Notes under the pieces: model-generated
The model's input: only the letters and a program-made list of their open reading frames with translations
Told to the model about the DNA's origin: nothing
Database searches by the model: none
Assembly: GCA_937888595.1 (NCBI GenBank)
Contig: CALARK010000007.1
Span: forward strand, 23,995-87,994
Direction: 5' to 3'
Source: an uncultured Sterolibacteriaceae bacterium
GTDB lineage: Bacteria > Pseudomonadota > Gammaproteobacteria > Burkholderiales > Rhodocyclaceae
Length of the DNA: 64,000 nt
Position numbers and translations under genes: made by a program
Shown here: one piece after another, positions 17,885 to 29,898 of the stretch
Layout of the letters: each line of letters starts with the position of its first letter
Position numbering within the stretch: position 1 is the first letter of the stretch

Positions 17885-18643
17885 TCAATCTTCCCGCGGA
17901 CGGAAGCGCAGTTCCAGCGTGCGGCTGAAAAGCTCGCTCTGGGGCGGTTTCGGCAGCGGGCTCGACTTGCGGATGGCACGCTCGGTGGCGTCGTCGTAGG
18001 CGGCATGGCCGGACGACTTGAGCAGCCGCACGTTCAACACTTCCCCGGAAGGCAACTGGGTGACCTCGAAGACCGCTTCCGGGTTACCCTTGATGTCGGA
18101 CGGCAGGATGATGTTGCCGCGTACCTTGCCGCGGATGCGCGCCATGTAGTCGGCCATCGCACTCGCCTTGAGGGCGCCCGCCTGCTGGGCTTTCAAGGCA
18201 TCGAGCTCGCGCGCGGCCGCCTCGGCAGCCTTGCGCTGCTGTAATTGCTCGGCTTCGCGGCGGAGTTCCTCCTTGAACGGGTCCGGGGCCGGCTTCGGCG
18301 GTTCCGGCTTGGGTTCGGGCTTTTTGGGCGGGGGCTTCGGCTTTTCCTTCTGCGCGATGTCCGGCTTGGGCGGCGTGGGGACCGGCTTGGGTGGTTCCGG
18401 TTTCGGCTCGGGTTTCAGTTCCGGTTTGGGCTCGGGCTTGGGCTCGGGTTTGGGTGCCGGGGCAGAAGTCGGCGCCGGCGGGACGGCACGCACCAGCTCT
18501 ACCTGAACGGCCGATTCCTGCTGCGTCTGCCAGCGGATGCCATAGACCAGCAACACGACCAGCAGCACGTGCATCAGCACGGCCAGTGCGAAGGAGATGC
18601 GCTTGCCCGGGGCGGGGCGCGGCTTGGCGGGGGCGTCCGTCAT
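17885..18643 (-). CDS. tolA: Cell envelope integrity protein TolA
   Basis: 252 aa with an N-terminal anchor, a PKPEPKPEP linker, a charged helix and a TolA C-terminal domain. Contains one repeat copy (AVPPAPTS). Confidence 0.85.
   Translation of the reverse strand: MTDAPAKPRPAPGKRISFALAVLMHVLLVVLLVYGIRWQTQQESAVQVELVRAVPPAPTSAPAPKPEPKPEPKPELKPEPKPEPPKPVPTPPKPDIAQKEKPKPPPKKPEPKPEPPKPAPDPFKEELRREAEQLQQRKAAEAAARELDALKAQQAGALKASAMADYMARIRGKVRGNIILPSDIKGNPEAVFEVTQLPSGEVLNVRLLKSSGHAAYDDATERAIRKSSPLPKPPQSELFSRTLELRFRPRED
18464..18487 (+). repeat. 24-nt repeat copy r (inside tolA, antisense to the gene)
   Basis: AGAAGTCGGCGCCGGCGGGACGGC, 1 mismatch. Read as AVPPAPTS. Confidence 0.85.
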
Positions 18644-18713
18644 GACCGTTGCCCGCCCATCCCCAGCCCTTCCCTCGCGGGAAGGGAGACTGCGTGCTCG
18701 CTGCGCTCGATCT

Positions 18714-19127
18714 TCATTTCCGGCCAGGCTGCACCAGCAGCCCGATCTTCGCGACCTGGGCGCGCTGCAGCTCGTCCATCACCGTCAGCACCGCTTCGTA
18801 GCGCACGCTCTTGTCGCCGGCGATCAGCACCGGCTGCTCGGGATGCTTCGCCTGCAGTTCGCGGATGCGTTCCTTCAGTTCGAGACGGCCGACGGTGACT
18901 TCGGCGCCGCCGAGGGCGCGGTCGCGTAGCGCCATCTCGCCGTCGGCCTTGACGATGATCTCGAGCGGCTCGACGGGCGGTGTCGCGGCCTTGCCGACGC
19001 TCGGCAGTTCGATGGCGGCGGGCTGGATCATCGGCGCGGTGACCATGAAGATCACCAGCAGCACCAGCATCACGTCGATGTAGGGCACGACGTTGATTTC
19101 ATGCTTGAGGCGGCGCGGACGACGCAT
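18714..19127 (-). CDS. tolR: TolR (ExbD/TolR family)
   Basis: 137 aa. [19 protein letters not shown] motif; position between tolQ and tolA. Confidence 0.9.
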   Translation of the reverse strand: MRRPRRLKHEINVVPYIDVMLVLLVIFMVTAPMIQPAAIELPSVGKAATPPVEPLEIIVKADGEMALRDRALGGAEVTVGRLELKERIRELQAKHPEQPVLIAGDKSVRYEAVLTVMDELQRAQVAKIGLLVQPGRK

Positions 19128-19130
19128 GGC

Positions 19131-19808
19131 TTACTTCATCTGCCGCTGCAGGATGTTGGAGAACTCTTCCATGAAGCTCTCGAAGCGGACGGCGATGCGG
19201 TCGGTGTCATGCGCGAAGCGGTTGTAGGCGACCACGGCGGGGATAGCTGCGAACAGGCCGATGGCGGTGGCGACCAGCGCCTCGGCGATGCCGGGCGCGA
19301 CGGCGGCGAGCGTGGCCGTGGTCATGCTGGCGAGGCCGCGGAAGGAATGCATGATGCCCCATACCGTGCCGAACAGGCCGACATAAGGCGAGACTGAACC
19401 GACCGAGGCGAGGAAGGCGAGGTGCGCCTCGAGGTCGTCGATCTCGCGCTGGTAGGTGGCACGCATGGCGCGGCGGACGCCATCGATCGCGGTCGCCGGG
19501 TCGAGCGACTTCTGGCCGCGCAGCTTGCTGAATTCGCGGAAGCCGGCCTCGAAGATGCGTTCCAGCGCGCCGCTGTGGTGGCGGTCATTGACGGCGCTCT
19601 GGTAGAGGCTGTTGAGGTCGCCGCCGCTCCAGAACTCGCGTTCGAAGGCCTCGGTTTTCTGGCGGGCGTCGCGGATCTGGAACCACTTGCGGAAGATCCA
19701 GTACCACGACATGACGGAGACGTAGGCGAGCAGCCCCATGACCAGCTTGACGACGAGGCTGGCGTTGACGATCAGTTCGACGAGGGCAAGATCCTGGGTG
19801 ACGTTCAT
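19131..19808 (-). CDS. tolQ: TolQ (MotA/TolQ/ExbB proton channel)
   Basis: Start at [17 protein letters not shown] (ATG 19808). C-terminal [13 protein letters not shown]...[15 protein letters not shown]. Confidence 0.9.
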   Translation of the reverse strand: MNVTQDLALVELIVNASLVVKLVMGLLAYVSVMSWYWIFRKWFQIRDARQKTEAFEREFWSGGDLNSLYQSAVNDRHHSGALERIFEAGFREFSKLRGQKSLDPATAIDGVRRAMRATYQREIDDLEAHLAFLASVGSVSPYVGLFGTVWGIMHSFRGLASMTTATLAAVAPGIAEALVATAIGLFAAIPAVVAYNRFAHDTDRIAVRFESFMEEFSNILQRQMK

Positions 19809-20205
19809 TTCAGGGAGGAGAGTTGGGTGTGGATTGCGGCGGGCATGGCGGTCGCCTTGCCGCGGGCGAGATCGAGGCAGGCGACCCGCACCTCGGCGGT
19901 CAGCAGTGTTTCGCCTGCCCGGACGATGGATTGCGCGAATGTTACCTGAGCACGCCCCATCGCCTTGACGGCGCTGTGGACTTCGATCAGGTCGTCGAGC
20001 TTCGCGGGACGGAGGTATTCGACGGTGAGGGAACGTACCGCGAAAGCCAGCCCGGTGGTTTCCGCCAGCTGCCGCTGCTCGAAGCCGAGGCCGCGCAGCA
20101 GTTCGGTACGGGCGCGCTCGAGATACTTGAGGTAGTTGGCGTAATAGACGACGCCACCGGCATCGGTGTCCTCGTAATAGACGCGCACTTCCAGCTTCAT
20201 CGGCC

Positions 20206-20209
<4 letters not shown>
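19805..20209 (-). CDS. ybgC: Tol-Pal-associated acyl-CoA thioesterase YbgC
   Basis: 134 aa, 4HBT hot-dog fold. [26 protein letters not shown]. Confidence 0.85.
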
Positions 20210-21251
<1,042 letters not shown>

Positions 21252-21255
<4 letters not shown>

Positions 21256-22298
21256 GAGGCGATTGTCGCAGGTTCCGACCAGCCCTCGGCCAGCGTCAGC
21301 GCGAGGGCGAGGATCACCGGCCCGAGGAAGATGCCGACGAAGCCGAAGGCCAGCACGCCGCCGAACACGCCGAGGGCGATCAGCAGGATCGGCAGGCTGG
21401 CCGAACGGCTGATCAGGACGGGCTTGACGAAGTTATCCACGCTGCTGATCACGACGAGGCCGTAGATGACCATGAAGATCGCCCAGCCGGTCTGGCCCTG
21501 GTCGTAGAGCCACCAGGCGGCGCCGCCCCAGATCAGCGGCGGGCCGACCGGGATCATCGACAGGAAGAAGGTCGCCGCGCCGAGCAACAGGGCCGCCGGC
21601 ACGCCGGCGATGAGGAAGCCGATCAGGGCGACCGCCGCTTGTGCCGCCGCGGTGCCGACGATGCCGATCATCACGCCCATGATGGTGGTGCGGGCCAGCG
21701 TCAGCATGCGGCCGCCGAGTTCGCCGCCGATCTTGTCGGCCAGATGCGCCAGACGCGTCGCCAGCGCGCGGCCGTCGCGGTAGAAGAAGAAGGCGATGAA
21801 GACCACCAGCGTCAGTTCGAGCAGGCCCTGGCCGATCAGGCCGACCGTGGCGAGCAACAGCTTGCGCGTCGGCTCGAACAGCTGCTTGCCGAGCTGGGTG
21901 ATTTCCTCCTTGCTGGCGGCGAGCTTGCGCCAGTAGTCGTCGAGCGGTTCGCCGACGAGCGGCAGGCCAGCCAGCCAGCCGGGCGGCGCGTGATCGCCCG
22001 ATTCGAACCAGGGACGCAGCAGGGCGATCAGCTGGCTGACGCCATCGGCCACGGTCGCGGCGAGGTAGGACATCGGCAGCAGCACGGCCAGCGCCAGCAA
22101 CAGGGTGGTCAGCAGCGCGGCGAGCGTCGTGCGGCCCTTGAGGCGGGACTCGATCCAGGCGAACAGCGGCCAGGTGCTGAGGCAGAGGATGGCGGCGAAC
22201 AGCAGCGCGGCGAGGAAGGGGGCGAGCACCCAGGCGGCGCCGACGGCGATCAGCGCGACGAGGGCGAGGCGGGCGTGGGCGCGGGTGCTTTCGTTCAT
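21252..22298 (-). CDS. AI-2E family (PerM-like) transporter
   Basis: Start at [20 protein letters not shown] (ATG 22298). Polytopic, with a typical AI-2E C-terminal core ([14 protein letters not shown]...[10 protein letters not shown]). Confidence 0.8.
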
Positions 22299-22326
22299 CG
22301 GAAGTGGGAGCGCGGGATGCGCGATT

Positions 22327-22839
22327 CTACCTGTTGCCGTCCGTCGCTCCCGCCGCGGCCGGGCGCGGGGCGATGCGGCGGATGTGCAGGGTTTTCTCGA
22401 CCGTGGCGATGACCTGCCCGGCCTCATCGACGATATCCACCGGCCAGGTCGGTTCGTATTTTTCACCCCCGGCGGTCATGGCCGCGACCTCGGCGATTTG
22501 CGCCGCCGTCAGCTCGAAGCGGGCGAACACGTCGCTGCGGCCCGGGGCGCGGAAACGGATCGCGGCCGCCTTGTCCCAGACGATGTGGCCGCGCTCGAGG
22601 TTGTGCAGCAGCATCAGCGCGTAGAAGGGATCGGTCATCGAGAACAGCGAGCCGCCGTAGTGCGTGCCGAAGTAGTTGCGGTTGAGCAGGCCGCGGCGCA
22701 GCCGCACGACGACGCGGCGGAAGTCGGGCGAGATTTCCATGACGTGGATGCCGGCGCCGACGAAGGGGGGCCAGAGGTTCATGCCGAAGCGCAGCAGGCC
22801 CGCGGAGAGTCGCAGCCGGCTCAGGAAACCTTGTGCCAT
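22327..22839 (-). CDS. DUF4442 / YiiD-C-like hot-dog fold protein
   Basis: 170 aa. NYFGTHYGGSLFSMTDPFYALML pattern recalled for the DUF4442 thioesterase-like family. Confidence 0.55.
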   Translation of the reverse strand: MAQGFLSRLRLSAGLLRFGMNLWPPFVGAGIHVMEISPDFRRVVVRLRRGLLNRNYFGTHYGGSLFSMTDPFYALMLLHNLERGHIVWDKAAAIRFRAPGRSDVFARFELTAAQIAEVAAMTAGGEKYEPTWPVDIVDEAGQVIATVEKTLHIRRIAPRPAAAGATDGNR

Positions 22840-22849
22840 CTGCGCGCCA

Positions 22850-23452
22850 TCAGTTTTTCGAGAGCAGCTTCAGCGCCTGGCGGATGCCCCCGGCGACATC
22901 GGCGTCGGCCGGCAGCGCCTTGATCGCCCCCAGCGCCTCGCGCTCGCTGTAGCCGAGGGCCAGCAAGGCATTGAGGATGTCGGTCATCGCGTCCGCAGCC
23001 GGAGCGGCTGCCGTCCCGCCGGCGCCGACTTTTGCTACCGCAGTAGCGGCGACGGGCAGCTTGCCCTTCAGTTCGAGCAGCAGCCGCTCGGCGGTCTTCT
23101 TGCCGATGCCGGGGATTTTCACCAGCCGGCCGGTCTCCTGCAATGCGACCGCCTGCGCCAGTTCGCCGACCGACAGGCCCGACAGCACCGCCAGCGCCAT
23201 GCGCGCGCCGATGCCCGAGATCTTCAGCAGCTGGCGGAACAGGGCGCGCTCGGCCTCGGTGAGGAAGCCGAACAGCAGGTGGGCATCCTCGCGCACGACG
23301 AGATGGGTGACGAGCGCAACCTTTTCGTTGATGTTCGGCAGGTTGTAGAAGGTGCTCATCGGCACGTCGATCTCGTAGCCGACGCCGCCGACGTCGACGA
23401 GGATTTGCGGCGGGTTTTTCTCCAGCAGGGTACCGGCGATGCGACCGATCAT
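22850..23452 (-). CDS. ruvA: Holliday junction DNA-binding protein RuvA
   Basis: 200 aa. [35 protein letters not shown], HhH motifs ISGIG / [12 protein letters not shown]. One repeat copy (KVGAGGTA) in the domain II-III linker. Confidence 0.95.
   Translation of the reverse strand: MIGRIAGTLLEKNPPQILVDVGGVGYEIDVPMSTFYNLPNINEKVALVTHLVVREDAHLLFGFLTEAERALFRQLLKISGIGARMALAVLSGLSVGELAQAVALQETGRLVKIPGIGKKTAERLLLELKGKLPVAATAVAKVGAGGTAAAPAADAMTDILNALLALGYSEREALGAIKALPADADVAGGIRQALKLLSKN
23010..23033 (-). repeat. 24-nt repeat copy f (inside ruvA)
   Basis: The reverse complement matches the consensus perfectly. Read as KVGAGGTA. Confidence 0.9.
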
Positions 23453-24639
23453 GACGAGACTATCTCCTCGATGCGCCGCACGAGGTTGGCAACGACCACC
23501 TCCTGCGGAAATGCTGCGTATTTTCGCGCAAAGCCCCGGGCGTTGCCGGCGAACGAAGGGTCGCCGACGACACGCTGCAGCTTCTGCGACAGGTCATCGG
23601 CCGGCTGTTCCGGGTCGACGAACAAGCCGGCCCCCATGGCTTCCACGCGACGGGCCAGCATGAATTGCTCGAGATGCCACGGCAGCAGCAGCACGGGCTT
23701 GCCCGCCAGCAGGAAGCGCGTCGTGGTCGAGAGGCTGGCGTAGGTGACTGCGGCCGCTGCCTGCCGGCTCGCGGCCGTGAGGTCGACCGGCCCCGCCGCG
23801 AAGACCAGGTGCGGAGCGGCCATGCGTTCGCGCAGCGCCGGGTCGATGTCGGGATAGAAGACGACGGTTGGTAGACCGAGCGTGTGCAGGGCCTGCAACG
23901 CCGCCTCATGGTGGCGGCATTCCTTCCGAAGGTAGGTGAAGAGGCGCGGACCGGGCAGGTCGGGCCAGGCCGGGCGTACGCCGATGCCGGCATCCGGCAG
24001 GTTCCCCCAGTAGCGGGCCGGCCCGCGGTCCGAATAGTGGTCGAGTTCGGGGAAGCCGAGCAGCGTGTCCTCGGCGACCGCGAAGAGTTGCGCGACGCCC
24101 GCGAGAGGCGGTTTGCTGAAGCGGGCCAGTACGGCATTGATGTTCGCCAGTGCGGCACGCTCGATGGCCTGCAGCGTTTCTGTCGGCACGTTCAGCCAGG
24201 GCCGCATGTTCGGAGCGGGCGACCGCGGCGGCGGGATGCAGAAGCCACTGGAAAACAGGATCGCTGGCAGGTCGAGCGTGCGTGCGGCGAGCAGGGCGGT
24301 CGGCGCATGATCCGCCAGCACGAGTTGCGTACCGGCGAGCTGGAGCAGTTCGCGCCACGCGACGGTCAGGCCGAGCAGGTCGGCGGTGTCGGCATAGCCG
24401 AAGCGCAGCAGGATGTCCGCATAGGACAGCGGAGGTCCGTTTCCCGTCCGTTCCGGACAGGCGGGCGCCTGCAGCCAGGCGAAGCCTTCGCGGTCGAGCA
24501 GGCGTGCGGCCGAAGGGGGTGACGCGACCGCCCAATGCACGGTATGGCCACGGTCGCGCAGGGCGCGGGCGAGTGGCAGGGCGGCACCGAGATGACCGAG
24601 TCCCGCGCCGAATTCCCAGGCGTAGAGGATGCGTGACAT
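23449..24639 (-). CDS. GT1-family (UDP-glycosyltransferase / MGT-like) glycosyltransferase
   Basis: 396 aa with an N-terminal [18 protein letters not shown] motif and a C-terminal nucleotide-sugar binding half. Overlaps the ruvC stop by 1 nt and the ruvA start by 4 nt. Confidence 0.6.
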   Translation of the reverse strand: MSRILYAWEFGAGLGHLGAALPLARALRDRGHTVHWAVASPPSAARLLDREGFAWLQAPACPERTGNGPPLSYADILLRFGYADTADLLGLTVAWRELLQLAGTQLVLADHAPTALLAARTLDLPAILFSSGFCIPPPRSPAPNMRPWLNVPTETLQAIERAALANINAVLARFSKPPLAGVAQLFAVAEDTLLGFPELDHYSDRGPARYWGNLPDAGIGVRPAWPDLPGPRLFTYLRKECRHHEAALQALHTLGLPTVVFYPDIDPALRERMAAPHLVFAAGPVDLTAASRQAAAAVTYASLSTTTRFLLAGKPVLLLPWHLEQFMLARRVEAMGAGLFVDPEQPADDLSQKLQRVVGDPSFAGNARGFARKYAAFPQEVVVANLVRRIEEIVSS

Positions 24640-25175
24640 CAGACCAGCCGGCCGTTGCGGACCCGGAACCCCTGCGTCGCCATAGTGCCGAGCCGTCCCC
24701 CGTGGGCGTGGCAGATCGCGCAGGCCAGGGCGTCGGCGGCGTCGGCGGAGGGTTCGCCGGGCAGCTGCAGCAGGCGCGTCACCATGTGGCCGACCTGTTC
24801 CTTGGCCGCCTTGCCGTGGCCGACGACGGCCTGCTTGATCTGCAGCGCCGTGTATTCGGCGACCGGCAGGTTGGCCAGCACGAGGGCGGAGATGGCGGCG
24901 CCGCGCGCCTGACCGAGCAGCAGGGTCGATTGCGGATTGACGTTGACGAACACTTTCTCGATGGCGGCTTCGCCCGGTGCATGCGCGGCTACCACCTCGC
25001 CGATGCCGTCGAGCAGCGTCTTCAGTCGCTGCGGCAGGCTGTCCTTTTCGTTGCTGCGGATGCAGCCGCTGGTGACGTAGGCGAGCTTCTGGCCCGTCTT
25101 GTCGATGATGCCGAAGCCGGTGATGCGCAGGCCGGGGTCGATGCCCAGTATTCTGACGGTGCGGACGGTGTTCAT
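24639..25175 (-). CDS. ruvC: Crossover junction endodeoxyribonuclease RuvC
   Basis: Start at [24 protein letters not shown] (ATG 25175). Catalytic D...E...DAADALA pattern. Confidence 0.9.
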   Translation of the reverse strand: MNTVRTVRILGIDPGLRITGFGIIDKTGQKLAYVTSGCIRSNEKDSLPQRLKTLLDGIGEVVAAHAPGEAAIEKVFVNVNPQSTLLLGQARGAAISALVLANLPVAEYTALQIKQAVVGHGKAAKEQVGHMVTRLLQLPGEPSADAADALACAICHAHGGRLGTMATQGFRVRNGRLV

Positions 25176-26017
25176 CGCCGCGAAAGATACACGCCCCACA
25201 CCGCGAGGGCCATGCCGGCCAGCGCGATGCCGCCCAGCGTTTCGCCGAACAGGCCCCAGGCCAGCAACGCGGTGGTCGGCGGCGTCAGGTAGAACAGGCT
25301 GGCGACATTGACGGCGCTGCCGTGGCGGATCAGCCAGTTGAGCAGCGATATCGCGCCGACCGACAGTACCAGCACCAGCCAGCCGAGGGCGAAGGCGAAC
25401 TCGCCGGTCCAGTCGATGCGGAAGTCGTCGCGCACGAAGACGATGGCGCCGGTGACGAGGGCGCTCGGCAGGAATTGCGCGACGGCGCCGCTGCGCCAGT
25501 CGAAATGCGGCGCGAAACGTTTCTGGTAGAGGGTGCCGAGGGTGATGCCGAGCAGGGCGACGCAGGCCGGCAGGAGGGCGGCAATGCCGAAGCCGCTGCC
25601 CAGCTTGCCGGAGACGACCATGCCCGTCCCGGCGAAGCCGAGCACCAGGCCCAGCCACTGGCGCGGCAGGACGGTTTCGCCGAGCAGGCGGCCGGCGATG
25701 GTGGCGGTCAGCAGCGGCTGCAGGCCGACCACGAGGGCCGTGATGCCGGCCGGCAGCCCCTTGCCGATGGCGATGAAGACGCCGCCGAGATAGGTCGCAT
25801 GGACGAGCAGGCCGGCGATGCCGATATGCAGCCACTGGCGGCCGTCGCGCGGCCAGGGGGCCCGCCACAGCAGGGCGATGCTGCCCATCAGCGCGATCAC
25901 CAGCAGGTAGCGGACGAACAGGAAGGCGAGCGGGGCGGCATGCGGCAGACCGAACTTGGCCCCAATGAAGCCAGTGCTCCAGAGAAAGACGAAGAGGAAG
26001 GGCGCCAGCCGCGTCAT
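25172..26017 (-). CDS. EamA/DMT superfamily transporter
   Basis: 281 aa with about 10 TM helices and duplicated EamA-type halves. Confidence 0.75.
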   Translation of the reverse strand: MTRLAPFLFVFLWSTGFIGAKFGLPHAAPLAFLFVRYLLVIALMGSIALLWRAPWPRDGRQWLHIGIAGLLVHATYLGGVFIAIGKGLPAGITALVVGLQPLLTATIAGRLLGETVLPRQWLGLVLGFAGTGMVVSGKLGSGFGIAALLPACVALLGITLGTLYQKRFAPHFDWRSGAVAQFLPSALVTGAIVFVRDDFRIDWTGEFAFALGWLVLVLSVGAISLLNWLIRHGSAVNVASLFYLTPPTTALLAWGLFGETLGGIALAGMALAVWGVYLSRR

Positions 26018-26025
26018 GTCACGGA

Positions 26026-26049
26026 AAAAGTCGGCGCCGGCAGGACGGC
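26026..26049 (+). repeat. 24-nt repeat copy g (intergenic, DMT/yebC)
   Basis: AAAAGTCGGCGCCGGCAGGACGGC, 1 mismatch. Confidence 0.85.
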
Positions 26050-26059
26050 GACGCGACGG

Positions 26060-26785
26060 CTATTCGTCCATCACCGCCGTCGTATAGACCTCCTGCACGT
26101 CGTCGAGGCCGTCCAGCGCATCGAGCAGCTTCTGCATCTTCACGGCATCGTCGCCGGCGAGTTCGGTTTCGCCTTCCGGTTTCATCGTCACTTCGGCGAA
26201 TTCGGGCTTGAAGCCGGCCGCTTCGAGCGCTTCCTTGACGGTGAGGAAGTCGCCCGGTGCGGTGATCACCTCGATCGAGCCGTCCTCGTTGGCTGCCACG
26301 TCCTCGGCACCGCCTTCGATGGCCGCATCCATCAGCGCCGCCTCGTCGGTGCCGGGGGCGAAGATCAGTTGGCCGCAATGCTTGAACTGGAAGGCGACGC
26401 AGCCGTCGGTGCCCATGTTGCCGCCGTGCTTGGCGAAGGCGTGGCGGACTTCTGCGACGGTGCGCACCTTGTTGTCGGTCAGGCAGTCGACCATCACAGC
26501 CGCGCCGCCGATGCCGTAGCCTTCATAGCGAATTTCGATGTAATCGACGCCTTCGAGCTCGCCGGTGCCCTTCTTGATGGCGTTGTCGATCTTGTCCTTG
26601 GGCATGTTGACGGCCTTGGCCTTGTCGACCGCCATGCGCAGGCGCGGGTTGAAGTTGACATCGCCCCCGCCCATCTTGGCGGCGACGGTGATCTCCTTGG
26701 CGACGCGCGAGAAGGCGGCGCCGCGCTTTTCATCCTGGCGCCCCTTGCGGTGCTGGATGTTGGCCCATTTGGAATGTCCGGCCAT
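26060..26785 (-). CDS. yebC: YebC/PmpR family DNA-binding transcriptional regulator
   Basis: Start at [22 protein letters not shown] (ATG 26785), the hallmark YebC N-terminus. Confidence 0.9.
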   Translation of the reverse strand: MAGHSKWANIQHRKGRQDEKRGAAFSRVAKEITVAAKMGGGDVNFNPRLRMAVDKAKAVNMPKDKIDNAIKKGTGELEGVDYIEIRYEGYGIGGAAVMVDCLTDNKVRTVAEVRHAFAKHGGNMGTDGCVAFQFKHCGQLIFAPGTDEAALMDAAIEGGAEDVAANEDGSIEVITAPGDFLTVKEALEAAGFKPEFAEVTMKPEGETELAGDDAVKMQKLLDALDGLDDVQEVYTTAVMDE

Positions 26786-26815
26786 GGCTGGTCTTTCGTA
26801 GGTTCGGGTTGCGGG

Positions 26816-26847
26816 AACGAAGAAACCCGACGGCAGGGCCGTCGGGT
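26816..26847 (-). terminator. Rho-independent terminator after the adenylate cyclase gene
   Basis: The minus strand reads ACCCGACGG-CCCTG-CCGTCGGGT followed by TTCTTCGTT, 43 nt after the stop at 26890. Confidence 0.6.
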
Positions 26848-26889
26848 GCGGGGCGGATTCTACGGCAGCGGACGCGCGCGGGGGGTTAG

Positions 26890-28239
26890 TTAGGCGGCGG
26901 CCGGCTTGATATCGACGATCTCGGCGATCGGCAGGGTCGCGATGTCCTTGAGCTTCTCGAGGCGCATGCCGTCCTGCTCGAGCAGCGCGGCGACCTGGGA
27001 AAAGCTCGAGGAGACGAACACCTCGCGGCCGTCGGGCGAGCGGCGGCGCACGCCGTAGGAGAGGCGGGCCCGCTCTTCGGCGGGCAGCTTGCCGATCAGC
27101 GACTTGGTGACCCAGACGCTGCCGTGGCGGGCGAAATCGGAAATGCGCGCGGCCTGGTTGATGGTGTCGCCGAGCACCACGAACTCGATGCTGGTCGGCG
27201 TCTGGAAGGTGCCCAGCCACTCCTGGCCCTCGTTGATGCCGGTGTTGAGGTAGAGCTCGTTGAACCACTGCTTGCGCAGCTGCCAGGCCTTGGACAGATG
27301 CTGGACGACCTGGCGGATTTCCAGTGCGCAGGAGACGGCGTTGGCGAGATAGTCACTGTCGGGCTGCGGGAAGAAGTAATAGACGAGGCCGTCACCGACG
27401 TGCTTGCCGCAGGTGCCGCGGTATTTGCGGAACACCGGCGCCAGCGTGCGCCAGATCTCGTTGATCAGTTCGAAATATTCCTCGGGCGGCAGTTCGGAGC
27501 AGATCTTCACCGAACTCTGCAGGTCGGAAACCAGCACGGCCAGGTTCGTCAGCACCGGCAGACGCTTGCGCAGCAGTTCGCGGATCACCTCGTCGCGGCG
27601 CATCAGCAGGTCGATCATCGCGTCCGCCGGCCCGCTGTCGGGGCTCAGGACGACGAAGATGCCTTCACGGAAGAAGGAGGCGTAGGCCTGGTAGTAATCC
27701 TCGCCCTTGTCCGGCCGGGGCATGCGCACCTCGGACTGGACGATCGGACGGTGGGGCGGCACCTCGGGCGCATCGATATACGCGGCTTGCAGGCGGGCAT
27801 AGGTCACCGGGTCGAGGCCGCGGCAGACGTTGCCGAAAGCTTCGGCGCTCAGGCTGGACTTGGCAATGCCGACATGGAAGGCCATCAGGCTGCCCATTTC
27901 GCCGCGCCCGACCGGCAGCAGGCGGAACAGGTTGCGCGCATCGCTGGTCTGCGGCAGGTCGAGGTGGCCGCCGAACAGGCACTGGCGGGCGGCCGCGTTG
28001 ATCCACAGCAGCTCGAAATTCTGGTTGATCATGTAAGCCGGATGCTCGATATCGTCCAGCGTCAGATGCAGTGGAGCGGAGTGAGCACCCGCCTGCCCGG
28101 CGGTGTGGCCGGTGGCGAGGCGCTCGACGATCTGGGCCATGCTGAGTCCCTCCTGCTTGAGGCGGCGCACTTCGTCGATGCTCGGCGAAGATTTTCCGGA
28201 AAGCGGCGTCATGTCGTGAATGGTCGGGTCATGGGACAA
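26890..28239 (-). CDS. Class III adenylate/guanylate cyclase with an N-terminal sensory region
   Basis: 449 aa. C-terminal cyclase homology domain ([11 protein letters not shown]...[12 protein letters not shown]...[12 protein letters not shown]). The N-terminus has a short HTH-like segment and a PAS-like stretch. Confidence 0.75.
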   Translation of the reverse strand: MSHDPTIHDMTPLSGKSSPSIDEVRRLKQEGLSMAQIVERLATGHTAGQAGAHSAPLHLTLDDIEHPAYMINQNFELLWINAAARQCLFGGHLDLPQTSDARNLFRLLPVGRGEMGSLMAFHVGIAKSSLSAEAFGNVCRGLDPVTYARLQAAYIDAPEVPPHRPIVQSEVRMPRPDKGEDYYQAYASFFREGIFVVLSPDSGPADAMIDLLMRRDEVIRELLRKRLPVLTNLAVLVSDLQSSVKICSELPPEEYFELINEIWRTLAPVFRKYRGTCGKHVGDGLVYYFFPQPDSDYLANAVSCALEIRQVVQHLSKAWQLRKQWFNELYLNTGINEGQEWLGTFQTPTSIEFVVLGDTINQAARISDFARHGSVWVTKSLIGKLPAEERARLSYGVRRRSPDGREVFVSSSFSQVAALLEQDGMRLEKLKDIATLPIAEIVDIKPAAA

Positions 28240-28360
28240 TGCGGCAGCCGGCTTTTCCGGCAGTCGTAGCGATATTACGGAAAATAGCGCCCGGAATTAA
28301 AGTCTTTTTTCAGTGTATTTCTCCAACATGTTGTTTTAAAGCACATACAGGGATGGAAAA

Positions 28361-29893
28361 ATGAGCCTCGATCCGCTGCCCGTCGCCCGTCACCAGGGGG
28401 GCGACCTCGCCCTCCTGCCTGCGCTTGCCAACCGCCACGGGCTGATCACCGGTGCGACCGGCACGGGCAAGACCGTCAGCCTGCAAGTGCTGACCGAACG
28501 CTTCTCGGCCATCGGCGTGCCGGTGTTCCTGGCCGACGTGAAGGGCGACCTGTCGGGCCTCGGCGCGGCGGGCAAGGCCTCGGACAAGCTGCAGAAGCGC
28601 CTCGACCTGCTCGGCGTGACCGACTGGCAGCCGCGCGCCAACCCCGTGGTGTTCTGGGATGTCTTCGGCACCGCCGGCCACCCCGTGCGGGCGACCATCT
28701 CGGACATGGGCCCGCTGCTGCTGTCCCGCCTGCTGGCCCTCAACGACACGCAGGAAGGCGTGCTGCAGATCGTCTTCCGCGTTGCCGACGATGCCGGCCT
28801 GCTGCTGCTCGACCTCAAGGACCTGCGCACAATGGTGCAGCACGTCGGCGACAACGCCGCGCAATTCAAGACGCAATACGGCAACATCTCGGCCGCCAGC
28901 ATCGGCGCCATCCAGCGCGGCCTGCTGGCCCTGGAGGGCCAGGGCGGCGACCGGTTCTTCGGCGAGCCGATGCTCGACATCGCCGACCTGATGCAGACGC
29001 AGGGTGGCAAGGGCGTCGTCAATATCCTCGCCGCCGACCAGTTGATGAATTCGCCCAAGCTCTACGCCACCTTCCTGCTGTGGCTGCTGGCGGAACTGTT
29101 CGAGCAGCTGCCCGAGGTTGGCGATCTGGAGAAGCCGAAGCTCGTCTTCTTCTTCGACGAGGCGCACCTGCTGTTCGACGAAGCGCCCGCGGCGCTGGTC
29201 GACAAGGTCGAGCAGGTCGTGCGGCTGATCCGTTCCAAGGGCGTCGGTGTCTATTTCGTGACGCAGAATCCGCTCGACGTGCCCGACAAGGTGCTCGGCC
29301 AGCTCGGCAACCGCGTGCAGCACGCGCTGCGCGCCTTCACGCCGCGCGACCAGAAGGCCGTCAAGGCGGCGGCCGAAACGATGCGTGCCAACCCGGCCTT
29401 CGACGCGGCGGCGGCGATCACCGAACTGGGCGTCGGCGAGGCGCTGGTGTCCTTCCTCGACGAAAAGGGCCGTCCGCACATCGTCGAGCGCGCCTTCGTG
29501 CTGCCGCCGGCCTCGCGCCTCGGCCCGCTGACGCCGGAAGAGCGCGAGGCCGCGATCCGCGCCTCGGACATCTACGGCCATTACGAGAAGACCGTGGATC
29601 GGGAGTCGGCCTACGAGAAGCTGGCCGGCCGCGTACCGCAGGAAGGGGCGCCGCAAAAAGTCGGCGCCGGCGGGACGGCCCCGGCACCCGCCGCCTCTTC
29701 CCCATCGGGCGATGCAGAAGCCGAAGGCGGCGGCAAGATCAACGAGATCCTCTTCGGCCGCACCGGCCCGCGCGGCGGGCAGTACGACGGGCTGGTCCAG
29801 ACCATGACCAAGACGGTGGTGCGCACCATCGGGTCGCAGGTCGGGCGCCAGATCGTGCGCGGCCTGCTCGGTTCGCTGCTCGGGCGCCGCTAG
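28361..29893 (+). CDS. HerA-like ATPase, DUF853 (YjgR family)
   Basis: 510 aa. [22 protein letters not shown] Walker A and [10 protein letters not shown] Walker B. One repeat copy (KVGAGGTA) in the Ala/Pro-rich C-terminal linker. Confidence 0.85.
   Translation: MSLDPLPVARHQGGDLALLPALANRHGLITGATGTGKTVSLQVLTERFSAIGVPVFLADVKGDLSGLGAAGKASDKLQKRLDLLGVTDWQPRANPVVFWDVFGTAGHPVRATISDMGPLLLSRLLALNDTQEGVLQIVFRVADDAGLLLLDLKDLRTMVQHVGDNAAQFKTQYGNISAASIGAIQRGLLALEGQGGDRFFGEPMLDIADLMQTQGGKGVVNILAADQLMNSPKLYATFLLWLLAELFEQLPEVGDLEKPKLVFFFDEAHLLFDEAPAALVDKVEQVVRLIRSKGVGVYFVTQNPLDVPDKVLGQLGNRVQHALRAFTPRDQKAVKAAAETMRANPAFDAAAAITELGVGEALVSFLDEKGRPHIVERAFVLPPASRLGPLTPEEREAAIRASDIYGHYEKTVDRESAYEKLAGRVPQEGAPQKVGAGGTAPAPAASSPSGDAEAEGGGKINEILFGRTGPRGGQYDGLVQTMTKTVVRTIGSQVGRQIVRGLLGSLLGRR
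29656..29679 (+). repeat. 24-nt repeat copy h (inside the DUF853 ATPase CDS)
   Basis: Perfect consensus. Read as KVGAGGTA. Confidence 0.9.
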
Positions 29894-29898
29894 GCAAG

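Noticed and set aside
18300-18470. Short tandem periodicity (PKPEPKPEP coding repeats) in tolA.
   Set aside because: This is the ordinary low-complexity proline/lysine/glutamate linker of TolA domain II, not an independent repeat element.
18667-18686. Perfect 8-bp hairpin CCCTTCCC-TCGC-GGGAAGGG between tolR and tolA.
   Set aside because: It has no U-tract and lies inside an obviously co-transcribed cluster. At most it is an mRNA stability or processing element, which the sequence alone cannot support.
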